Source: Promethearchaeum syntrophicum | GTDB lineage: Archaea; Asgardarchaeota; Lokiarchaeia; Sigyniarchaeales; Promethearchaeaceae | Assembly (NCBI RefSeq): GCF_008000775.2 | Contig: NZ_CP042905.2 | Location: 1,320,001-1,352,000 of the forward strand | DNA length: 32,000 bases | Reading direction: 5' to 3' | Shown here: positions 9,533 through 16,974 of the stretch, piece by piece | Layout: every line of letters starts with the position of its first letter | Numbering within the stretch: the stretch's first letter is position 1 | Translations under genes and position numbers: made by a program | The notes under the pieces: generated by a model | Databases searched by the model: none | The model's input: only the letters and a program-made list of their open reading frames with translations | Told to the model about the DNA's origin: nothing

Positions 9533-10795
9533 TTATGTAGATGGATCATTAACTCTCCCCATAAACAAAATATTTCCTGTTTCTTGTTCTTGTATTGAGA
9601 AAATAAATGGATGATCAGCATTAAAGACAAGTTGTGATGGTTCGTTAATTCCATAGTCCATAATTACTACGGTTGCAGCAGCTGCTTCAGTCCCTTCTTC
9701 ATCAACTTTTACATATGCTTGATGTATGACTTTATTAATATAAAAGTGTGCTGCAAGAGTCATTCCTGAGAAGTCTGCAGTTCCACTAAATGCGGTGGGC
9801 ATCCCTAAGGAACTAAGTGTTTCTTCCATATTATATTTAGTATCAAATTCAAATTTAGGTAAATAAATATCGCCTAATTCTGTTTCTTGCATTTGGTTTT
9901 TATATTCAATGAGTTTTTCTGCTGTTAAAGAAGGCTCAATAGAACTAAGATTTGTTTTTGGTAATAGGATCAGCATAGAAATTTTCTCACCAATATATGG
10001 TAATTCAAGAATTTGTAGATCTTCTAATTCAGCATATTTAAAATTTAAATCTTCAGGGCTCATATGCATCATTGGAGTTTTTACAATATTTTCTGGAGTT
10101 ATTGAAAAATTTTTTTCAGCTGTATCTGATTTATCAAATTTCTGCTCCCATGATCCCATTAAATAAATTGCATTTGTTAGAACCAATTTGGTTAGTGCAT
10201 TAATATCTCCTTGTGGAATAATTTCTTCTATTTTGTTATTAGTCTGTTCTTCAATAAAACTATTTATAGTTTGTCTTGATGTTTCTGGTTCATTCACAAA
10301 ATCCAGATTTGCAGCTTTACCACCGTAATAAGTCCCGACTCTATTTATATAGTCTTCTTGAAACGGGAAATTAATTTGAGTCCATAATGCATTTCCTGTT
10401 CTTAATTCATATTTTTGTCTCCCTTGATTAATCCCATTATAAATGGCTGCAAAATTCGATCTTAATACTTCATTTTCAGGAAAATGCAAAACTGATTTCA
10501 TTTCTTCTGCCGTCTGTCCCTTCGCACCTTCATATGTCATTGCTAAAGCAGAAAAAATACTATAGGGAGAGTAAAAAATATTTTCTTCTCCCGATTCATT
10601 TAATTTTGAATACATTTCAAAAGCGAATTGATTATTTGCATTGACCACTTCTTGAATTCCTTGTGAAGTTGATCCTGAATCATCTAAATGTGGTGGATTG
10701 TAAGGGTCATAGGGAAAAAGGAACAATAGGGTTGTAGTTGTAACTGCGCCAATTATAAGAAGTGCTATTGTGATTGGTAACACTTTTTTGTGCAT
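9533..10795 (-). CDS. Serpin-family protease inhibitor (copy 2)
   Basis: Same architecture and signature motifs as copy 1; VKVDEEGTEAAAATVVIMDYG reactive-loop hinge. Confidence 0.95.
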   Translation of the reverse strand: MHKKVLPITIALLIIGAVTTTTLLFLFPYDPYNPPHLDDSGSTSQGIQEVVNANNQFAFEMYSKLNESGEENIFYSPYSIFSALAMTYEGAKGQTAEEMKSVLHFPENEVLRSNFAAIYNGINQGRQKYELRTGNALWTQINFPFQEDYINRVGTYYGGKAANLDFVNEPETSRQTINSFIEEQTNNKIEEIIPQGDINALTKLVLTNAIYLMGSWEQKFDKSDTAEKNFSITPENIVKTPMMHMSPEDLNFKYAELEDLQILELPYIGEKISMLILLPKTNLSSIEPSLTAEKLIEYKNQMQETELGDIYLPKFEFDTKYNMEETLSSLGMPTAFSGTADFSGMTLAAHFYINKVIHQAYVKVDEEGTEAAAATVVIMDYGINEPSQLVFNADHPFIFSIQEQETGNILFMGRVNDPST

Positions 10796-10846
10796 ATTTT
10801 ATTTGGATATTTTCGTCAATATAAAACTTAAGGAATAGAATTCGAT

Positions 10847-12067
10847 CTATTGCGTAGATGGATCATTTACTCTTCCCAAAAACAAAATATTTCCTGTTTC
10901 TTTTTCTTGTATTATGAAAATAAATGGGTGATCTGCTTTAAAAATAGGTTTGCTAGGTGATATGCCAAGAGATATTACTGCACCCGTTGAAGCGGCTGCT
11001 TCGGTTCCTTTCTCATTAACTTTAATATATGCTTGATGAATGACTTGAGTAATAGAAAGTTTTTCAGCAAGCGTAATTCCTGAAAAATTAGCATATTCAC
11101 TAAAAGCAGTGGGCATTCCCATGGAACTAAGAATTTCTTTCAAAAAATATTTAGTATCAAATTCAAATTTAGGTAAAAAAATTTCATCTAATTCAGTCTC
11201 TTCCATTTGATTTTTATATTCATTAAGTTTTGAAAGCTCGATAGCACCAAGATTTCTTTCTGGTAATAATATCAACATTGAGAAATTATTTCCTTTATAT
11301 GGCAATTCTAAGATTTGTAGATCTTCTAATTGTGCATAATTAAATTTTCGACAATCAAGATATTTCATATGCATCATTTGAGTTTTTACAACGTTTAGTG
11401 TAGTTATTCTAAAATTTTCTTCGTAAGTGTAAGATTCATCAAATATTCGCTGCCATGCCCCCCTAAAATAAATAGCATTTGTAAGAACTAATTTTGTGTC
11501 TGAATCAAGAGCACCTGGTGGAATTAAATCTTTGATTTTGTCATTAGTTTGCTCTTCAATATAATTGTTAATAATTAGTCTTGAATTTTCAGATTCTTTC
11601 AGAAAATCAAGATTTGTTACTTGAGCTCCATAATAATTTTCAACTCTACTTGTATAATCTTCAATCAACGGGAAATCCTTTTGCAACCATAACGCGTTTC
11701 CTGTTTTTACTTCATAATCTTCACTATCTTGATTAATCCGATCATATAATGCAGCATAATAAGGTCTTAGTGAATCTAATTCAGGAAAGTGAAATACAAA
11801 TTTCATTTCCTCAGCTGTCCGTCCTTTAGCACCTTCATAAGTCATTGCTAACGCAGAAAAAATGCTATAAGGAGAGAAAAATATATTTTTATCTTCAGAT
11901 TCATCCAATTTTGAATATACTTCTAAAGCAAATTGATTAATGGGGGTTCCGTCAAATAATTTTTGCTCGTTAGGCTTGCTAGGTTGATGGGGAAAAAGAA
12001 ACATTACAGTTGTAATAATACTAAATATAAGAAATATATTTGTGATTGGTAAAACTTTCTTGTGCAT
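10847..12067 (-). CDS. Serpin-family protease inhibitor (copy 3)
   Basis: Serpin motifs present (IFFSPYSIFSALAMTYEGAKGRTAEEM, VIHQAYIKVNEKGTEAAASTGAV, FKADHPFIFIIQEKETGNILFLGRVNDP). The supplied ORF begins at 12100, but the Met at 12067 matches the MHKKVLPIT start of copies 1 and 2. Confidence 0.94.
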   Translation of the reverse strand: MHKKVLPITNIFLIFSIITTVMFLFPHQPSKPNEQKLFDGTPINQFALEVYSKLDESEDKNIFFSPYSIFSALAMTYEGAKGRTAEEMKFVFHFPELDSLRPYYAALYDRINQDSEDYEVKTGNALWLQKDFPLIEDYTSRVENYYGAQVTNLDFLKESENSRLIINNYIEEQTNDKIKDLIPPGALDSDTKLVLTNAIYFRGAWQRIFDESYTYEENFRITTLNVVKTQMMHMKYLDCRKFNYAQLEDLQILELPYKGNNFSMLILLPERNLGAIELSKLNEYKNQMEETELDEIFLPKFEFDTKYFLKEILSSMGMPTAFSEYANFSGITLAEKLSITQVIHQAYIKVNEKGTEAAASTGAVISLGISPSKPIFKADHPFIFIIQEKETGNILFLGRVNDPSTQ

Positions 12068-12139
12068 ATAATAGGTGGATAATTTGGATAATATAAACAA
12101 TAAGGAATAAATTTTGAACTATTATTTAGTGAATTTTAG

Positions 12140-13075
12140 TTAAGATTTTCCATCAATCTTTTCATAAGAGATAATAATCAGAGCTAAAATCTCAATGGCA
12201 CACCCGATATAGAAAAATATGCTAGGATTTGTATCGAATATAATAAATGATAATATTGTGGCAAATATTGGTTTTAGATAAACGATGTTAATACCTTTTG
12301 AAGCTTCCATTTTGCTTATGCCTTTAAAAAATAAAAAATACGAAATTCCGGTTGCAAAGATACCAAGGTATAATAATATCAACCAAGTATCCCAAGTATG
12401 ATTTAGCAAAGTGCTAAATTCTCCTGGAAAGAAAAGAAATGGGATCATAAAGATTGATGAAGTTAGAAATGTAACAATATTAAAATCTAAACTTGTGACT
12501 TTAGCGATTTCTTCATTTTCTTTTGCTTTTTCTAATAAAATCTTTCCGATAACAAGATCAATACACCACAATGCAGTTCCGATAAAGACCAGTATATTTC
12601 CCAATAAATTTTCCATCTGTAGAAAATCTTTGAATTTAAACTCCGTAATTATCATTATCATTCCAAAGAAACCCAGAATTATTCCAAAAATTTTATTTAA
12701 TGAGCGCTTTTCTCCCTTGAATAATATCATATAAGTAGAAATCATAAGAGGATTTGAACTTATAATAGCGGCTGCTAAATAAGATTCTGTCATTGATGTT
12801 CCGTAGGCAAATAAAGTCATTCCTAGTGTTAAACCAAAGAACGAAGCAATTATATATGATTTAGGAAATGTTTTAATTAAATAGATTAAAGATTGACTTT
12901 TTCTGGTGCTGATTCTATAGACCAATAAACTTATCCCTCCAATAAAAAATCGAAGAAAATTAATAAGAATTGGAGAGGTATTATCTTGAATCGATTTCAT
13001 TGCAATTTCAATAGTTGCCCATAAAAAAATTGCAATGATTAAGTAAAGATATGAAAGAAATATTTTTCTAGCCAC
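12140..13075 (-). CDS. EamA/DMT-family transporter-like membrane protein
   Basis: About ten hydrophobic segments; FFLGTAGMTLFAYGTSMTE-like region, EKNIVYLKPIFATILSF-like 'KP' region in the second repeat. Confidence 0.8.
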   Translation of the reverse strand: MARKIFLSYLYLIIAIFLWATIEIAMKSIQDNTSPILINFLRFFIGGISLLVYRISTRKSQSLIYLIKTFPKSYIIASFFGLTLGMTLFAYGTSMTESYLAAAIISSNPLMISTYMILFKGEKRSLNKIFGIILGFFGMIMIITEFKFKDFLQMENLLGNILVFIGTALWCIDLVIGKILLEKAKENEEIAKVTSLDFNIVTFLTSSIFMIPFLFFPGEFSTLLNHTWDTWLILLYLGIFATGISYFLFFKGISKMEASKGINIVYLKPIFATILSFIIFDTNPSIFFYIGCAIEILALIIISYEKIDGKS

Positions 13076-13146
13076 AATTAATCAAATTGATCTTGGAATA
13101 AAATTTTAAGTGAAAACAATTAAAACCTATAAGAAGTTATGAATAA

Positions 13147-14109
13147 TTGAGAAGAATGCCCCCATTAGATTCTGAAATTACTAAAAAATACCTTAAAGCC
13201 GGACAAGCTGTTGCCCATGCTTTAAAATTAGCATATAAATTAGCTCGACCGGGAACCAATCTATTTGATCTAGCCACCATTTTAGAAAATGATATTATTG
13301 ATTCGGGGGCTGATGGCTGGTCTTTCCCAGCAAACCTATCCTTAGATGTAGAAGCTGCACATTACTCTCCAATTATAGATGATTCTAAGACATTGCCCCC
13401 TGAGGGTTTATTAAAAGTTGATTTGGGGTCACATGTTGATGGTTATGTTGCTGATAGTGCAATCACTGTGAATCTCGGAAATTCAGAAAAATATAATACT
13501 CTAATTAAAGCTGTGAAAGATGCCCTTTATGCTGCAATTCCTCTTTTCAAACCGGGAGTTACTTTACGTGAGATTGGGGTTGCAATTGAACGAGAAATAA
13601 CTAAGTTCGATGGTTTGAAACCAGTATCAAACCTAGGTGGTCATCAATTAAAACAATGGGATTTACATGCAGGTGCTTTTGTTCCAAATATATCAAATTC
13701 TCCTGAAAAATATGTTTTAAAAGAAGGTGATCAATTTGCTTGCGAACCCTTTGCAACAAATGGATATGGCGCTATTAAAAATGGTACTGAAATGACAATT
13801 TTTAGGGTTAAAGGCATCAAAAAGAAGAAAAATCTGCCAATGCATGAAAAAATCCGATTGCAAAATTTCAAGAAGAAATTTAAGACCTTCCCATTTTCTC
13901 CACGATGGATTGATTTCATTCCCAAAAGTCAAATAAATGGTGCAGTATCGAAATATCTTAGACAAGGGATATTAGACGGTTATCATGTGTTCATTGAACG
14001 AGGGAATGGAATTGTTTCTCAGCATGAGCACACTATAATTGTGACTCAAGATGGTGGTATCCCAACCACATGGTGGGAAGATTTTGACTATAAGGATCTC
14101 TGGAAATAA
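13147..14109 (+). CDS. map: Methionine aminopeptidase, type 2 (archaeal/eukaryotic)
   Basis: AWSFPANLSLDVEAAHYSP-like region, LLKVDLGSHVDGYVADSAITV, SNLGGHQLKQWDLHAG, GDQFACEPFATNG, FIERGNGIVSQHEHTIIVT. Confidence 0.93.
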   Translation: MRRMPPLDSEITKKYLKAGQAVAHALKLAYKLARPGTNLFDLATILENDIIDSGADGWSFPANLSLDVEAAHYSPIIDDSKTLPPEGLLKVDLGSHVDGYVADSAITVNLGNSEKYNTLIKAVKDALYAAIPLFKPGVTLREIGVAIEREITKFDGLKPVSNLGGHQLKQWDLHAGAFVPNISNSPEKYVLKEGDQFACEPFATNGYGAIKNGTEMTIFRVKGIKKKKNLPMHEKIRLQNFKKKFKTFPFSPRWIDFIPKSQINGAVSKYLRQGILDGYHVFIERGNGIVSQHEHTIIVTQDGGIPTTWWEDFDYKDLWK

Positions 14110-14127
14110 TGGGGTGGGTGGTGAGGT

Positions 14128-14697
14128 ATGATCTTTCAACTTGAAAGTTTAAAATTGGTACTTTTTTCCATAGATCTATTGTGTTTATACATACTTCTAA
14201 TTGGAGTTACTTGGTCGATTTTAGTTCCGAAAAAAAGGATATGGCCTCCTCCAAAAAAAACTTCTTGGCAATATTATTTAACGTGGGTATTATTTTGCAT
14301 AGTTTTTCTTTTAAATTTCCTTCTGGTTCTATTAGATTGGAATTCATGGATATTCACAGAAAGCATTCGCTTTTTTATAGCATTCCCCTTAATTATTTGG
14401 GGTGGAATGTTATTTTCATGGGGTATTATTACTCTCGGTACTAAAAATACATCAGGAATTAAAGATCAATTTATAAAAAAAGGACCATATCGATATACGA
14501 GAAACCCTCAATATCTGGGTGATAATATCCTTTTTTTTGGGATTATTATATTGTCAAATTCTTTATTTTCACTCATTACCCATGCGTTACTTATTTTAGT
14601 TTTTCTCATAACTCCTTGGGCAGAGGAATCTTGGTTAGAAGAACAATACAATGAAATTTATAAAGAATATAAGAAGGAGATCCCACGGTTTATATGA
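14128..14697 (+). CDS. Isoprenylcysteine carboxyl methyltransferase (ICMT)/PEMT-like integral membrane methyltransferase
   Basis: FIKKGPYRYTRNPQYLGDNILFFG and AEESWLEEQYNEIYKEYKKEIPRF are hallmarks of the ICMT-like family; several TM segments. Confidence 0.75.
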   Translation: MIFQLESLKLVLFSIDLLCLYILLIGVTWSILVPKKRIWPPPKKTSWQYYLTWVLFCIVFLLNFLLVLLDWNSWIFTESIRFFIAFPLIIWGGMLFSWGIITLGTKNTSGIKDQFIKKGPYRYTRNPQYLGDNILFFGIIILSNSLFSLITHALLILVFLITPWAEESWLEEQYNEIYKEYKKEIPRFI

Positions 14698-15461
14698 AAA
14701 CCTTAATTTTAGCTGCCGGAAAAGGTTCCAGAACTCAAGGCATAACAAAAAATTTACCGAAATCATTGTTTCCTTTAAACCATAATAGAGATTCAACCTT
14801 ATCCATACTCATTAATAATTTAGCAGAACATAATCTCACTGACTTTGTAATTGTTGGAGGATATGAAATAGATTATCTTAGCTCAGAGATTGGAAAAATA
14901 TGTCCAAAATCATGTAATTATGTTATTGTAGATGCAAATCCTGATTACAAAAAAGGACCAATATATAGTTTTTTGTCTGCTACTATTGAATTGATTAAAG
15001 AAGATCAATTTTTACTACTTCCGGCTGATTCTATTTTCACTTCTTCGCTTTTTAAATATATAGTAGACCATGAGTTTTCAAAAGAAATATGTCATTTATT
15101 TTATTACAAGTCTGACACAATTCCTTCATCAGGAAGCCAGTGCTTAGTATGTAATTTCTCAAAAAACTCTAGTGTTGTTGAAAATATTGTTCCGTTGGAG
15201 AAATGGAAAGAAGAATATTTAGAACAATATAATTTTTATCCTATATTAGTTCCAGTAATAATTCTTCCATCTACTTTCTTTGAAATAGCGAAAAAATCTC
15301 TTAGTTCAGGTGCTAAAAATGTTATATCTCCATTACATTCTTATTGTATAAAAGAAAGGAAGTGTTTTAGCCATCAAATAAGATTTAAATCACAAAATGG
15401 AATTTTTTATGATTTTGATACTCCAAACGATTTAGAAAAAATAAGAAGTATAATTAAATAA
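14694..15461 (+). CDS. NTP-transferase (sugar-phosphate nucleotidylyltransferase-like)
   Basis: MKTLILAAGKGSRTQGITKNLPKSLFPLN (GxGxR...K) and LLPADSIFTSSLF. ATGA 4-nt overlap with the upstream gene. Confidence 0.8.
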   Translation: MKTLILAAGKGSRTQGITKNLPKSLFPLNHNRDSTLSILINNLAEHNLTDFVIVGGYEIDYLSSEIGKICPKSCNYVIVDANPDYKKGPIYSFLSATIELIKEDQFLLLPADSIFTSSLFKYIVDHEFSKEICHLFYYKSDTIPSSGSQCLVCNFSKNSSVVENIVPLEKWKEEYLEQYNFYPILVPVIILPSTFFEIAKKSLSSGAKNVISPLHSYCIKERKCFSHQIRFKSQNGIFYDFDTPNDLEKIRSIIK

Positions 15462-15478
15462 AAATCGGAGAAAATCGA

Positions 15479-15643
15479 ATGGAAATTGTTAATAATGGAA
15501 TCTGTTTACAAGAAAAAGAATTATCAGATAGATGTGCTACATGCCGTAGCAAATTAGTATTGTGCGTTTACAAATATCAATCGAAAAAATTAAAAAAAGT
15601 AGTTCGATGTAAGAATTGTCAAACTGCAACGCAGATAGAATAA
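15479..15643 (+). CDS. 54-aa zinc-ribbon protein (not in the supplied ORF track)
   Basis: Translation MEIVNNGICLQEKELSDRCATCRSKLVLCVYKYQSKKLKKVVRCKNCQTATQIE*, with CxxC...CxxC spacing of a treble-clef/zinc ribbon. Co-directional, 17 nt after the preceding stop. Confidence 0.7.
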   Translation: MEIVNNGICLQEKELSDRCATCRSKLVLCVYKYQSKKLKKVVRCKNCQTATQIE

Positions 15644-15666
15644 TCTTTGATGATTTTTGAAATAAA

Positions 15667-15743
15667 TGGCGGACCCGGGGAGATTCGGACTCCCGACCTG
15701 CTGCTTAGGAGGCAGCCGCCCTATCCAACTAGGCCACGGGTCC
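15667..15743 (-). tRNA. tRNA-Arg(CCU), 3' CCA encoded
   Basis: Minus strand reads GGACCCG TG GCCT AGTTGGATA GGGC G GCTGC CTCCTAA GCAGC AGGTC GGGAG TCCGAAT CTCCC CGGGTCC G CCA. Perfect 7-bp acceptor, 5-bp anticodon and 5-bp T stems; anticodon CCU. Confidence 0.96.
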
Positions 15744-15822
15744 ATTTTATTTTTATAAATTTCTATTAATTTTAATTAAAGCTCATCATTAAATTTTCGC
15801 TTAACTAACTATATAACAAGAT

Positions 15823-16974
15823 ATGAAAGCTGAAGATTTTTTAAATTTGCAAATGAGTTCATTAGAAATTGCATTAAAAGATGACATTCAATACCATGGG
15901 CGGGATTATTTTAAAGATTTTTATATGGTTCCAAACTCATTAAGCTCTGTTTCAATCAAAGACATCGATCTTTCTTGTTCATTTCATGGAAAACAGCTAG
16001 ATTTTCCTGTTTATGTTGGATCGTTGACGGGAGGTGAAGTAGGATTAACTAAAATAAACGAAACTTTAGGGATATTTGCTAAAAAATATAAAATTGCTCA
16101 AGGGATTGGCGACCAACTCCACTGTTTAGGTAAAACTGTAAAAGACACTATAATTCAAAGCTATTCAATAATGAGAGAAAAAAACCCAGAAGGAGTAATT
16201 CTGGCTAATATCTCTGCAAAATATCTTGTTCAATCTGAAAATTATATTGAGGATGTGAAAAAGATAGTTGATATTATTAAAGCGAATGGAATTGAAATCT
16301 ATCTTGCTCCACTAAGAGATGTTCTTTGGGATAAAAATGATTTTGGTTTAAAGGGTTTTATCCCAAAGTTGAAAAAATTGATAGAAACAATTGATATACC
16401 TGTTATCATTAAAAGCATTTCTACAGGATTAAGTAATGATGATATTAGACAATTATGGGATGTAGGGGTTTCTGGATTTAATATAGGGGGTGTGGGGGGT
16501 TCAAGTTTTGCCCGAATAGACACCCTTAAACGTCTAACTTTATCTCAAAAACAGTCTATATCTCCTATAAAACGTCCTTTAGATTTCTTTGGAACTCCAA
16601 CAGTATGGTCTCTATTAGATATTGCCTTAAGACCAGAAAATAATGATATTCCTTTGATCGCTGGGGGAGGAATCCGTAATGGACTACAAGCGGTCAAAGC
16701 CTTTGCTATGGGTGCTGACTTAATTAGTTTTGCTTATCCCGTTTTAATAGAACTAACGGAAGATTTTGGATATCCAAAGGAACGCAATCTAGAGCGATGG
16801 TTTGAACGATTAATCTTTCAAATAAAAACAGTGATGGCTCTTTTTGGTGCACAAACAATTGAAGATCTAAGATCTCTTGTAAAATCGCGAACTGTTATAT
16901 TTGGGAGAACTAAAGAATGGATTGATGGAAGAAATCTAAGTTTTCCTCCTAAATTTATCCGAAAAATACATTAA
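15823..16974 (+). CDS. fni: Isopentenyl-diphosphate delta-isomerase, type II (FMN-dependent)
   Basis: FPVYVGSLTGGEVGLTKINETL, GIGDQLHCL, ANISAKYL, VIIKSISTGLSNDDI, GVSGFNIGGVGGSSFARI, IPLIAGGGIRNGLQAVKAFAMGADLISFAYP. Confidence 0.93.
   Translation: MKAEDFLNLQMSSLEIALKDDIQYHGRDYFKDFYMVPNSLSSVSIKDIDLSCSFHGKQLDFPVYVGSLTGGEVGLTKINETLGIFAKKYKIAQGIGDQLHCLGKTVKDTIIQSYSIMREKNPEGVILANISAKYLVQSENYIEDVKKIVDIIKANGIEIYLAPLRDVLWDKNDFGLKGFIPKLKKLIETIDIPVIIKSISTGLSNDDIRQLWDVGVSGFNIGGVGGSSFARIDTLKRLTLSQKQSISPIKRPLDFFGTPTVWSLLDIALRPENNDIPLIAGGGIRNGLQAVKAFAMGADLISFAYPVLIELTEDFGYPKERNLERWFERLIFQIKTVMALFGAQTIEDLRSLVKSRTVIFGRTKEWIDGRNLSFPPKFIRKIH

Noticed and set aside
8592-10166. Parallel plus-strand ORFs of 85 aa inside serpin copies 1 and 2 (8592-8849 and 9909-10166)
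   Set aside because: Their similarity follows from the homology of the serpin genes beneath them, so it is not independent evidence for coding.
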